NCBI GenBank assembly: GCA_951406725.2
Contig: OX597829.1
Coordinates: 44,392,001 to 44,456,000, forward strand
Origin: Octopus vulgaris
Lineage: Eukaryota
Length of the DNA stretch: 64,000 nucleotides
Reading direction: 5' to 3'
Shown: positions 43,181-59,165 of the stretch, in pieces
Layout: every line of letters begins with the position of its first letter
How positions within the stretch are numbered: position 1 is the first letter of the stretch
Notes under the pieces: generated by a model
Seen by the model: only the letters and a program-made list of their open reading frames with translations
Database searches by the model: none
What the model was told of the DNA's origin: nothing
Made by a program: the position numbers and the translations under genes

Positions 43181-43229
<49 letters not shown>

Positions 43230-43450
43230 TTGTGTGTGCATGCGTGCGTGTATCGTATTTGGTGTATTTGCGAATCTTTGCCTGATATTTCGTATATGTA
43301 TGTCTCTACGGAGCCTACACACTGTCAGAGATCGAGCCAGCCAGCCAACCAGCCTGCCAAGGCAGTCAACCATCTATCCATCCGTTTATCCATCCCTCGA
43401 TCGAACCATCCAGCCAAACACAGCCCAGCCCAGCCCAGCCAGTAAGCACA

Positions 43451-43556
<106 letters not shown>

Positions 43557-44212
43557 GATGACGACAACAAGATCAACAGCAACAACAACAACAACAACAA
43601 CAATTATAATAATAATAATGATAATGATTTCATCTATTCGCCACAAGGGCGATGGATGAGGGGGTTGTACAATAATAATGACGATAATAACACAAAGCGA
43701 AAATGCAAGGCGAGGTGATGAAGCAAGGCAGGCGTTAGCATCAATTCTTTTCCTGACGTACTTCTTGTGTTATTGAATATCCAAAATAAACAACAGACAC
43801 CAGAAACAAGAGTAGAATTATGGCAGGGGCTGGCAAGAAGGCGTTGCATAGATCCACCCGTTCCTGCTAACTCCTCCACCCATCTACAGAAATGTACTGG
43901 CAATAGACACCAGTCTGGCGACAGCGCTGTCGTACACCTGGCTTCGACGCCCGCCGCCCCCACCCCTCACTCTTCAACGAAAGAAGAGCTAGAAATGGTA
44001 CTTAGAGGAGGAGGAGGAGGAGGAGGAGGTTCCTAATTGAGAGATTTGCCAAAAAGAGAGAATATATGATTTGGTGTATGTGTGTGTGTGTGTTTGTACG
44101 CGCGCGCCTGGGAGCTTACGCCCGTGATTGTGTTTCCGAATGCACATACAGAAATACATATACACATGTGTGTGCTTGCATACAGCATGTATATATATAT
44201 ATATATATATAT

Positions 44213-44862
<650 letters not shown>

Positions 44863-44866
44863 AGAG

Positions 44867-44907
<41 letters not shown>

Positions 44908-45559
44908 CACATACATGTATGTATGTATGTATGTATGTATCTATGTATGTATGTATGTATGTATGTATGTATGTATGTATGTATTTGTACCCCTCGCACA
45001 CCCTATCGCTTGACAACAGATGTTGGTGTTTAGGTCCTTGTAATTTAGCAGTTCAGTAAAAGGGAACGACAGAATAAGTACTAGACTTACAAAGCATAAG
45101 TCTTGAGGTCGATTTGTTCGACTGAAGGTGGTGCTCCAGCATGACTGAAACAAGTAAATGAATAAAAGAATATATTTATGTTTGTTTGTATGTATGTGTG
45201 TGTGTTTGTGTTCGTCACCCCAACATTGCTTGACAACCGTTGGTGGTGTGTTTACGTCCCTGTAACTTAGCGGTTCGACAACAAAAGACGCCGATAGAAT
45301 AAGTACTAGGCTTACAAAGAATAAGCTTCGGGTTCGATTTGATCATCTAAAGGCGGTGCTCCAGCATTGCCACAGTCAAATGAATGAAACAAGTAAAAGA
45401 ATAAAAGAATTCTGTCTACTCTCTTTTGCCGAACCGGCAAGTTACGGGGACGTAAACACAAACATTGGTTGTGAAGCTACCGGGGAGGGACAAACACAGA
45501 CACACACACACACGCGCACACACGCACACGCACGCACTCACACGCACACACATACATAC

Positions 45560-45594
<35 letters not shown>

Positions 45595-45789
45595 AATATA
45601 TTTACACGACAAACTATTTTATCCTTTAAAATTTTTAAAAGGATAGATTTAAAAGGTTAAACACACCTTAGATATTCTTAACTGACTTTTATATGTGTTA
45701 GCCCCCACACACACGCACACAACCACTTAGACCCTCTAAGAAGTCTAGGGGGCACATCCATTATCCAAGCCTTGTCTGCTCATCTCTGC

Positions 45790-45857
45790 ATAACACTGAA
45801 GAGATGGCGATAACTTGGAAGATTCCGTTGCCTCTTGACAGAAACGGCCGTAAGGAA
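45790..45857 (+). ncRNA. Hammerhead-like motif, canonical core, weak stem I
   Basis: CTGAAGA (45796) - GATGGCGA...TTGCCTC - GAAAC-GGCC-GTA (45841-45852). Confidence 0.5.
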
Positions 45858-46459
45858 CTAGCAACTGCACACTCATTTGACAATCTGCTCAATTGCTCAA
45901 TTGCTCATTTGTTTCCATATGTTTGTATGTACTCACAACTTTGTTTTGCAATTACCAGCTTTTTTCCACTCGCTAATCGGTATCATTCACACATGTGTAT
46001 GTATTCATCCAATACATTTGAATAAATTGACATACTGGAATATTTACCAGCTAATGTCTGTCAATTTCATATCCTCTCCGTTTTCTAATTTGCCGTATAT
46101 ATGAACGTACATATACGCATGTGAGTGTAAGTACGTATGTATACACGTACATATTGGCTCTAATTCATATTTTATTAACCACTAATTAATTAATTTGTGA
46201 AATGCTTCTACTACAAAATTGCAGCGTTTATATGTACCTTCAGTATGGTTTGAATGTTGTATCTGTTAAAATAGAAGTCAAATTTCATTTAAATTTCACA
46301 CGAATTGTCAAAGAAAAAGAAATTTTTCAAAATGGCGTGTTTTATTAAGACAGACCGGGCGCCGTTGTAAACAGTTTTATTATTAGTCTGCTCAATTAGA
46401 ATATGACCTGGTGCTAAATGCCACCATTAGCCTGACCATCATTTGCAAGATTATGATTA

Positions 46460-47285
<826 letters not shown>

Positions 47286-47741
47286 GCGTCATTTACTCCT
47301 CATCAACGTCCTCCGTGATAATTACTTTTGACACTGACGCGAATGTTCAGACTGCTTTTCATGCATTTCATTTCTCTTTTTTTATACATTTCTTTACAGA
47401 TTTATTCGTCAGCGTGTTGTGTAGACGAAATAGTGACGTATTTCTGTCACATTTAGGCGAAATATTAAGTGTTGTGCAAGTGAAATATACTAACTGGGAA
47501 TAAAAATAAATTATATATATATATATATATGTAAATATATATGCCAACGGGCATATGGCGTAGTGGTTAAGTTCGAGGGTTACTAACCCCAAGATTCCGA
47601 GTTCGATACCAGGCAGTAACCTAAATAATAATATAATGGCGGTGCTCCAGCATGGCCGCAGTCAAATGACTGAAACAAGTAAAAAAAGTATATTACAGGT
47701 CACAATTATGCAGGAGAACGATCAGATATTTTACAATATTA

Positions 47742-47781
<40 letters not shown>

Positions 47782-47801
47782 GTCTATGTATATATATATA
47801 T

Positions 47802-47976
47802 AGGCGCAGGAGTGGCTGTGTTGTAAGTAGCTTGCTAACCAACCACATGGTTCCGGGTTCAGTCCACTGCGTGGCATCTTGGGCAAGTGTCTTCTGCTAT
47901 AGCCCCGGGCCGACCAATGCCTTGTGAGTGGATTTGGTAGACGGAAACTGAAAGAAGCCTGTCGTATATATGAATG

Positions 47977-48009
<33 letters not shown>

Positions 48010-48220
48010 GTATTTGTGTGTCTGTGTTTGTCCCCCTAGCATTGCTTGACAACAGATGCTGGTGTGTTTACGTCCCCGTCAACTAGCGGTTCGGCAAAAG
48101 AGACCGATAGAATAAGTACTGGGCTTACAAAGAATAAGTCCCGGGGTCGATTTGCTCGACTAAAAAAAAGCGGTGCTCCAGCATGGCCGCAGTCAAATGA
48201 CTGAAACAAGTAAAAGAGTA
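47802..48220 (+). mobile_element. SINE family B, full length
   Basis: Similarity to the other copies. Confidence 0.9.
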
Positions 48221-48278
48221 AAGAGTATATATATATATATACATATACATACATACATACATATATATATATACATAC

Positions 48279-48337
<59 letters not shown>

Positions 48338-48617
48338 CATACATACATATATATATATATATATTTGACTTGTATCAATCATTGGACAGCGGATGTATTA
48401 GGGCACCGCATTGAAGAGCTTAGTATATCAAAGTGACCGTAGCCTCTATTAGTTTAAGAAATGTGTGTGTGAGTGTGTGTGTTCTGCAAACAACTTGCAC
48501 ATGCAAGTGCTCTGCATGCCGGAAGCCAGCAAGTATATAGGTTTATCAGGAGAGAATACGTCTACCTCTCGTCGGCATCATTATAAACAATAATGAAGAA
48601 GATGATGATGATGATGA

Positions 48618-48708
<91 letters not shown>

Positions 48709-48709
48709 T

Positions 48710-49500
48710 TAATTTTCTCTTTATCACAGGTTTTGTTGGAGCTGCTGGAGTCTTGGATGTGTAGCGGGGTTACTACCTGCAACCTAGCTGCAGCTATTCG
48801 TTCTTTTCAGCTGTCTAATACTTTCCTGATTATTCTGGCTGTGCCAAGGAGGAAAACCTTTTGGAACAGTTCTACTAGGCACTCTATTCCAATTTCCTTA
48901 ATGTTCCTCTTCTATTGTTCCCAAGGACCAAAAAGTAATTGGCATTATCTTCATCTTCTTCATTTTTCATAGCCAGATTATTTCGTACTTAAGAGGGTTG
49001 TATCCATCTGTATTTTCGATTTCATTCTTGACTATTCGTGGGGCAAAGGGGCATGGAACATCAACTATATAGAATATGTAGTGCACCTTGTCCACCACCA
49101 CTACGTCCAGTTTGTTGTGCTCTAGCACCTGATCTGTTTGGATTGGGAAATCCCAGAGGATTTTCCTAGTCTCCGACTCCGACACTCTCTGCGGTTTTTG
49201 CTCATACGACGTCTGGCCTCTCTCTAGCCCCCACTTTTAGTACAATTTCCAATGTAGCGCTTTCGCTACCTGATCGAATTGATACAACTTGTAGTGGTTT
49301 TGGGCACGTCTAGAGCATTCGTTCATGATATGGGCAATGGTCTCATCCATTCTAATGCAGATGCGGCACAGCGGAGACACATGCTCGTTCTTAAGATTGA
49401 CCCTTCAGTTTGTAGCCAAAGCTTGCTCTTGCGCTGCAGTATAGTGCTCTCGGTCTCTTTTTAGGGTTCCTTTCATCAGCCAATTCCAATGTCTTCAAGC
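48710..49500 (-). pseudogene. R4/Dong-clade non-LTR retrotransposon 3' fragment (CCHC finger and restriction-like endonuclease)
   Basis: CRIC..ETIAHIMNEC..LHWKL..KILWDFPIQTDQVLEHNKLDVVVVDK..IVDVPCP..LLGTARIIRKVL*; the 3' end abuts (TAA)n. Confidence 0.88.
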
Positions 49501-50436
49501 GTTCACAGCCCTCAGCCAATCGGACAGTGCGACAGGTGGAACGTCCACATTAGCTTTTTATAGAGTATTAGTGGAGAAAAAGTGCGACGACGTTCTTGGG
49601 AAGACCTTGGGCGTCGAAGATTAGCCAGTCGCTCTTTTCCGGAGAACTTTGGTCCGGGACCGATGGATAATTACCAAAAGTTTCTGGCCTGACAGTGCTA
49701 CCTAGGAGATTTGCCTATTCGAGATGAACTTTACAGGTACTAATGAGCATGTCCGAGATGCGCGCAGGACGAAACGGTCCTGCATGCACTTGTCCAGTGT
49801 TCGGGAATTCCTGGTCAAACACCTGCTATCGCGTGTGGGAAGGATCCGGCTGTCAACTGAATCCATCGTGAAGATCACCTCGCCGCTTTCCTATAACCGA
49901 GAAGGAAAGGTTGTTTTTTTATATGCCTGGTCGCCATGGTGAAAGAGATTGTTTGATGGACATGATTGAAGGGTCTGAAGACAGACAATGCTCTCTTTGG
50001 CCAATCCCTGATCATTTGAAAAGGAAAATAAGAGTAGAGAGGGAAGTGTTGCCTTCTCGCCAGTTTACTGAAAGGTAGACGAAGGTGGCGAGAATGGTGC
50101 GAGTGAACGGGCCTGCCCTGAGCATACTCCTGTAGTTGGGACAAAAACAAAAAAAGAAAAAAGAAATGGGACCTTCCCCCAAAATCATGGTACTCATGGT
50201 TTTCTTTATGGAGTTTTTCCATGAGCAGCCCTCGAACGTCTCCTCCCAATAGATTACATATTGTTCATTTCTTTCTTCCTTTTTTTCATATATTTTGATA
50301 GTCTTATTTACACACAAAACCCTCCCAGCACACACACACACACACACAAATACAAACATACACTCACATTCTTTGTTTTGTCCTATTCTGTCCATAATGC
50401 TTTCCTTAATGCAAGGCCTTGTGGCTAATAAAGTAA
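49501..50436 (+). pseudogene. Tx1-clade LINE ORF2 C-terminus and 3' UTR
   Basis: LPIRDEL..CPRCAQDETVLHALVQC..HLKRKIRVEREVL..KVARMV..*; the tail CCTTGTGGCTAATAAAG runs directly into (ATT)n. Confidence 0.82.
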
Positions 50437-52016
<1,580 letters not shown>

Positions 52017-52666
52017 AAATGTACATGTTTTGTCTTGCTGTAAATGATGGGCTACAGCAAATATTTTGCTCAATACCACAGATTTGCTTGTCAGTTGTTT
52101 GACCTTAACCAGTTGACCATGTCCCTTAGTGGCTGACAATATGTGCATTTCTGATCACAAGCAGAAGCAGTGCGGGGGTAACATAGCCATGTGTTAAGAG
52201 AAATTTTGTGGGTATGAATAATTAATCTCTGGGTGTTTCATGGGTGTTTAATTCAACATCCTTAAAGAAACCTTATTCAGAGAACATTTGCGCGGAAATG
52301 GCTACTTGACCTGAACAAATTTCTAATTAGGCCCCCCCACCTACATGGTCATGCGCTGTTTATCTTGATATGAAATCACCATGACGCGTACATATAGCTG
52401 CGATGCATGTGCCTGGTGTACCGTTATCAGATGTGTAGTCATGATGGGTATATTGGGCTTCGTATATTTGTACCCCAGTGTCACATTGATGGTATGTGCA
52501 GCTCTTTCACTCAGTAACAACAGCAACATCAAGGGTACAGTATGAACAACAGAAACGGACGTAATATAAGATTTAAAATATGGAGTTTACATTGATTAGA
52601 AACAAACATTTAACAAGAGTTATACAAAAAGTTTTAAAATAAAAATGAACCAAAGATATGAAAATT

Positions 52667-52921
52667 AAACAATTGCAGCGTGGAAGGTGTTTATAAACCA
52701 TTTAAGAAACACACACCGTTAGATTCACTTCAACATTTAAATTTAATTTGTCAAAATATTTTCGTCGCTTTGAGACCGTGACCTATTCACCGACAAAATG
52801 TTGAAGTGAATCTAACGGTTTTTGTGGTTTTAAATGGCTTATAAACACCTTCCACGCTGCAATTGTTTTTGTTTCAGCACACCATCTCAGATCAGGTCAC
52901 TTGCTATGCAAGTACATCTCC
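52667..52921. mobile_element. Fold-back pLTR-like element (G3:C8 hammerhead family)
   Basis: Arms ~52667-52737 and 52796-52868 are inverted around an HHR-like segment at 52747-52797 (-). Confidence 0.68.
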
Positions 52922-53396
52922 GTAATAAAAATCAAATTCTAACAGAAATTTCAGAAAGAAAAATTCAGTCCACCTTACAGTAATTCGGACGCGCCCCACA
53001 TAAAAACAAAATGGCCCGGAATAGCCTGCTACTTCCAAAGCATCAGAAATGCCCTTTCGCCTTAGAAAGCATATTCTGTCAGACTCATTCGTATTTACCA
53101 GCTTTTCTGAAGCTTTGTTGTCTCGAACTTTCAGGATTCAGTGATGAGGTCACTATATTCGCAATTTTACCCTCTCTTCCCTTTTCACCTCTGGTTAAGT
53201 AAAACCACGCCCGCTAAGTTCACCGTCATCCATTCACCGCAGGGAAAATTCACCGTCATCTATTCATCGTTTGTTCTTCTTTTTTTTAATAAGATAGTCT
53301 TTAACTATTAATGTTAAAATACTATGGATATATTTTCTCGGTAAACTGTCCTCACGGTGAACTTTATTCACGGGGAATTGATGGCAGTAAGCTTAC

Positions 53397-53535
53397 CTGT
53401 AAAACCCATCTGGATGCTTTTTGTGCCGTCCCTGGCCACTTCTGTAAGTAAGGGCTCGACTGGGCTTGCACTTCTTCTTCTTCCGTGGTTCATTCTATAT
53501 CGTTATCGTTGATGGTGCAGGTTTCCTTTGTACTT
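53397..53535 (-). other. Candidate spliced exon of an unidentified minus-strand host gene
   Basis: Acceptor tttcccttcttacag| and donor CAG|gtaagc bound 139 nt of unique sequence; all three through-frames have stops. Confidence 0.4.
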
Positions 53536-53790
53536 CTGTAAGAAGGGAAATTTTTTTTATGTTACTGTTAATGTAGTTGTAGTCGTAGAACTTGCCGCTG
53601 TCGCATATCTTCGTAACCAATCAAATCCTGGAATTCTATGGCATTCACTTTCTGTTTTGTTTGAAGCTGGACTTCATAACTTAGAAATCTCCCTGTGCTT
53701 CTCTAGCATGGTGATTGCTCAGATCTTGTCCATAAGTCGAGATACGTTGGTGTCATTAACTTTGGTCACGCAACGTCCAATATATATTTT

Positions 53791-54204
53791 TTTCTTTACT
53801 ACCCACAAGGGGCTAAACACAGAGAGGACAAACAAGGACAGACAAAGGGATTAAGTCGATTACATCGACCCCAGTGCGTAACTGGTACTTAATTTATCGA
53901 CCCCGAAAGGATGAAAGGCAAAGTCGATCTCGGCGGAATTTGCACTCAAAACGTAGCGGCAGACGAAATACCTATTTCTTTACTACCCACAAGGGGCTAA
54001 ACACAGAGGGAACAAAAAAGGACAGACAAACGGATTAAGTCGATTACATCGACCCCAGTGCGTAACTGGTACTTAATTTATCGACCCCGAAAGGATGAAA
54101 GGCAAAGTCGACCTCGGCGGAATTTGAACTCAGAACGTAACGGCAGACGAAATACGGCTATGCATTTCGCCCGGCGTGCTAACGTTTCTGCCAGCTCGCC
54201 GCCT
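53791..54204 (-). mobile_element. Tandem dimer of SINE family A (53791-53970, 53973-54204)
   Basis: Two consecutive near-identical copies, one head-truncated. Confidence 0.92.
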
Positions 54205-54685
54205 TGACGTCCAATATATATAAATATGCGTGTGCGTGTGCGTGTGTGTGTGCGTGCGTGTGTGTGTGTGTGCTCGCACGCATGTGTGTATAAGGGCGGG
54301 GTTCAAAACAAACAGCTGAGAGGTGCAAGTTGTAGTCACTCTGTAAATTTCCTGTTCGTCTATGCAAATTAGAAACTACTATGTTATGTTAATTTCTTCT
54401 GGCCATACCTCTTTCGAACATTTCTCGACTACGGCGGAGGATAAGATATTGTGACTTCTTGTCTGTGTGATTAATACACATGCAGACGTCAATCGTCATT
54501 TTCTGGTGACCAAACCAGGACGAATGATATCGTTTTAATACTTTCAAATTACAAAATGCTTTCACTGCCTGCAAAACTTTGGATATGATAAAAAAGCAAT
54601 AAATTATGTTTCTTTTGAGTTGCATATTCTTAGCAGCTTTTTCCCTATTTTAAAGCCTAAACAAGGCAAATTATCAGAAATAATA

Positions 54686-54875
54686 CCTATTTCTTTATTA
54701 CCCACAAGGGGCTAAATACAGAGCGGACAAACAAGGACAGACATAGGTATTAAGTCGATTACATCGACCCCAGTGCGTAACTGGTACTTAATTTATCGAC
54801 CTCGGCGGAATTTGAACTCAGAACGTAACGACAGACGAAATACCGCAAAGCATTTCGCCCGGCGTGCTAATGGTT
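54686..54875 (-). mobile_element. SINE family A with internal deletion between two TCGACC repeats
   Basis: atttatcgacc|tcggcgg junction lacks the ccgaaaggatgaaaggcaaagtcgacc segment. Confidence 0.85.
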
Positions 54876-55076
54876 CTCGGTCGCTGGTTAGTGCTATTAT
54901 CTTGTATATCAATATTTCAGTTCACAACACCGTTTCTCGGAGAGAATTTCCTGAAAAAGGGTTTCTAACCATGAAATATTGAAATACAAGGTAATTGTAA
55001 TGAATATTGATGAACATTATTTCCTATAATTTGTATTGCTCTAACTTCAAAAAGAAAATGCTGAAAACATACATAC

Positions 55077-55125
<49 letters not shown>

Positions 55126-55263
55126 ATCAATAATAATAAAGGGTAAAATTAATTAATTCATTAATAATTAATAATTCCACCCAGTAGTATTCGGCATGTT
55201 AAAAGGACCATTTTCGGTAAACTTAGACAATATTTTTTAAAATTATACTCATGATTATAAAAA

Positions 55264-55348
<85 letters not shown>

Positions 55349-55439
55349 TGTATGTATGTATGTATGTATGTATGTATGCACATACATTCATACATGCATG
55401 GATATACACATACACACTCTTACATGCACAAACGTAATA

Positions 55440-55483
<44 letters not shown>

Positions 55484-55523
55484 AGTCAAAATAGAAAATG
55501 CTAAAATAATTTTATAAAGAACA

Positions 55524-55567
55524 TTTCAATACCAGTTTCGGTCATTTTGAGACCTTTTCAACTGTAA
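55524..55567 (-). ncRNA. Hammerhead variant with U3:A8 core
   Basis: Minus strand: ttacag-TTGAAAA-GGTC(tcaaaat)GACC-GAA-ACTGGT-A-ttgaaa; stem I is imperfect. Confidence 0.5.
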
Positions 55568-55738
55568 CGATGAAATAATTAAATTTGGAAAAATTAGAAT
55601 AAAAGTTTTTTTAATGGAATATTTGTATAGTGTTCAAATATAAGTGGCATTCTGCCTTTCTCTGTCTCCCTTGTTTGCACTTTCTCTGTCTCCTTGTTGC
55701 ACTTTCTCTTGTTGCACTCTGTCTCCCTTGTTGCACGT

Positions 55739-55778
<40 letters not shown>

Positions 55779-55818
55779 TATATTATATATATATATATGT
55801 ATACATATATATATACAT

Positions 55819-55853
<35 letters not shown>

Positions 55854-57408
55854 GATATATATATATACATACATATATACATACACATACACACGCATAC
55901 GCACGGAGACAGACGTGTGTGTGTGTTTACGGAAAGTGTCACATTTACACTGGTCTGTTAAAATGAAATTTTGTTTGTGCTTTCCTACAAGACCATTTTT
56001 GTGTGTGAGAGAGAGAATGAAATTTATTATTTCCATTTAAATATTTATTTATTATTATCTCTTTGTTGTTGTCCCCCATCAATAATCCCCTTCCTCATCG
56101 CAAGTATTCGACACTGACTTCCATTCTCTTCAGCTCATTATCTCCCTATACTTTCACCATATTATTTCCTCGTTGCGTTTAGCATTATATTATCATGTAT
56201 TCTGGTGCAGACAGCATGTAGCAGCATGCCTGACTTCGGTGCATTTTAATTCAAACTGCACTAGAGACAAAAAAATAAATAAATAAAAATAAAAAAATAA
56301 AATAAATAAATAAAAGGAAAATAAAAACCTTTGCATTCACTTCTTCCTGGGTCTCTACACGAAATCGTTAAAATATATTGCGTCGATTAAATCGACCCGT
56401 TCCTACCTCTTCAATTTAGTGCAATTAGAAGCCAAAGCGCCTGGAAAAGTTTTATATTTTTATTTTCTTATTTTCTTTTTAATATTGCTGTATTTTCACA
56501 GACAGATTGAAGATACGAATCAATTTGTACTACACTTTCATTGAGAACTTCAACTTTTCAAGAGTACAATTTTAGCATTTTTGTTATATAACCAAGTACT
56601 CCCATAACCATAAATCATATCACAAAATATGATTACCTGACGATGATGGTAGCGAAGCGAATTGTCAGTTGTACATTAATTGCTTGGACGCATTCACCTT
56701 CATTTTATTTTAGACGTAATATTTCACTCAATTGGAGAACTGCAATCTTACGTTCATTTCTTCTCTCTTACAAATGGCGACTGGTTTCCTTTTGCGCTGT
56801 CTTCTTTTGCGCTGTCTTTTTATTGCTCTTCCGATTGTGATATTCCGCCATCGTTCTTTTCCTCAGATAAATCCATTATCACACGTAGTTATCTTAACGT
56901 TGTTTTACCTATCACTGTTACTGCTGCTGCTGCTGTTCATATTACTACCATTGCTGTAACTGTTGTTGTTGTTGTGTTGGTGGCCGCCACTATCTTTACT
57001 CTCGCCGTTGCAGTTCTGCTATTATTAGCTGGTGACGTTGTTAGCTTTGAGCTGTTGCGTTATAGTTGTTGTTTTTTACTAATGCCGTTGTTTTGAAAAC
57101 TATCAATGATGTTTTTTTTAATGTTGTTTTTGTCAATGTTGCAGTTGTTTCCCCTGTTTATGGACGGGAGTTTCTACACCTTGCAGGATAGACAACCACA
57201 TGGGAGTACCACACGATCCAGATGGCCTAAGTCCGGCAATTGCTTTACTTTTTCCTTCACACAAGGTGCATTTCCCGTTCCTTTCCGATAATTGTCAACA
57301 CAGTACATAGCATAATCATTTCTTACAGATTTCACTTTTTAGTATTGCAACGGTGTGTGTGTATATGTATATATATATATATGTATGTATATATATGTAT
57401 ATATATAT

Positions 57409-57465
<57 letters not shown>

Positions 57466-57493
57466 TATATATATATATATATACACACATATC

Positions 57494-57529
<36 letters not shown>

Positions 57530-57531
57530 AG

Positions 57532-57562
<31 letters not shown>

Positions 57563-57770
57563 ACGTATATGTATGTATAAAAATGTGTGCCTGTGTGTGT
57601 GTGTGTGTGTGCGTGTACATTTTAATATTTCGATTGGGCATTTGCGAAATTAATGACCTGGCGTGAAACTCAATATACTCATGCTTCAGAACGAATCGTT
57701 AGTCGAGTACAGAGCAGTAATAAGAAAATGAGATGACAAAGGAATAAATGGTTATCTTAAGAACTTCATT

Positions 57771-57841
57771 AGCTTACAGTTGTTTCTGCTATAAGGTGCA
57801 GTGGACTCATAGTTGAGTGTCTGAATAACACCTCATAGTTT

Positions 57842-57846
<5 letters not shown>
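57771..57846 (-). ncRNA. 5'-truncated hammerhead motif abutting (TA)n
   Basis: Minus strand: TGATGA-aa-CTATGAGGTG...CACCTTATAG-ca-GAAAC-AACT-GTA; a sibling is at ~10735-10842. Confidence 0.55.
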
Positions 57847-57915
<69 letters not shown>

Positions 57916-58011
57916 AAGGCTCCCAAATAAAGAAGCAAGTGCTAGAAACACAAAGAGGGATAAATTCATCAAAGGAATGAAAGTTAAAAACATTTACCAT
58001 TATAGATGTAT

Positions 58012-58087
58012 CCCAGACTGATCAGTTTCTACCTCTTTCTAGCAAAACATACAGAATATGTTTGCCTAGGCAAGGTTCGTCAGTGGG
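58012..58087 (-). ncRNA. Type-I hammerhead ribozyme, canonical core
   Basis: Minus strand: CCCA-CTGACGA-ACCT..CTAG..AAACATA(ttctg)TATGTTT..CTAG..AGGT-a-GAA-ACTGATCAGT-C-TGGG. Confidence 0.82.
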
Positions 58088-58329
58088 TAGCCTTCTTAAG
58101 GCGTTCAAAATGCTGGCAACGTAGTGTGTAATTAAATCCACTGACCTTTTTTATACTATTACGACTCTGTATGACATGAGACTTGCGTCCAGTTGTCTTC
58201 GGCTCACAGTACATAGGCACAAACAAATTTCTGCCCTTCGTTAGTGCACCCCAGTTATGGATAAATGGCCCCTTTATAACTCTTTATGCTATCGGTACAA
58301 GGCCTACAAATTTGCAGGAATGGCTAGTG

Positions 58330-58396
58330 CAGCGTTTCCCAAAGTTTTTATTCGCGATCCACTGAAGGGGCCGGACCCACGGTTTGAAAAATGCTA
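58330..58396. mobile_element. 67-bp hAT-type MITE with 8-bp TSD, nested in an old SINE-A copy (58283-58604)
   Basis: GGCTAGTG|CAGCGTTTCCCAAA...TTTGAAAAATGCTA|GGCTAGTG. Confidence 0.78.
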
Positions 58397-58457
58397 GGCT
58401 AGTGGAGTACACCTAACTCTATGCTCTACTAGTACTTATTTTATCAACTTGCCCCCA

Positions 58458-58502
<45 letters not shown>

Positions 58503-59038
58503 ACCTGGATAAAAAATAAATTTGATCTCAGAACGTAAAAAGACGGATGAAATGTCGCTAAGCATTTTGACCGGCGTGCTAACGATTCTGCGAGTTCGCT
58601 GCCTTCAGCCTCTTTATAAGAAATCAAATCTACAAAATGGAGACCCTAAGGCGATCTGGTGTTCAAGGAGCAACTCTATCAGCAACTTCTGCAGACGAAC
58701 TGGTACAAAACGCAGTAATTTTTACTCCTTGACCATACCAGTAAGGTGGAGAAGGGGATTCTAAGATTTCTATACATTCGTGATCGATATTGCACTCTGG
58801 AGAAATCACTTTAGTGAAACTCTCCGGAAGAGTGACACGGAAGACGGGAGATGGATGCAGTTCTGAGCAGTGGTGATCAGGAAGGACTCAGTGGTTTTCT
58901 GAGACACACGGATTTCAGTTGTTGTGGTTGTTGTTGTGTTTCTTAGCAGCAGTGGTAATAATGGTCTAGTGATAACAGCAATAGTGGTGTTGTTGTTATT
59001 GCTGTTGTCGTTGTTGCTGGTGGTGGTGGCGGCGGCAA

Positions 59039-59165
59039 CGGCGGAGACGGCGGTGATGGCGGAGATGACATCCACGGCGGAGACGGCGGCGATGGCGGAG
59101 ATGACATCCACGGCGCAGACGGCGGCGATGGCGGAGATGACATCCACGGCGGAGACGGCGGTGAC
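59039..59165. repeat. GC-rich 36-bp minisatellite, ~3.5 units
   Basis: Unit GCGGAGACGGCGGYGATGGCGGAGATGACATCCACG. Confidence 0.9.

Noticed and set aside
47550-47622. tRNA-like sequence with A and B boxes
   Set aside because: The acceptor and anticodon stems do not pair convincingly; more likely a SINE head or tRNA pseudogene than a functional tRNA. The same applies to the SINE heads at 3340-3419 and 13778-13835.
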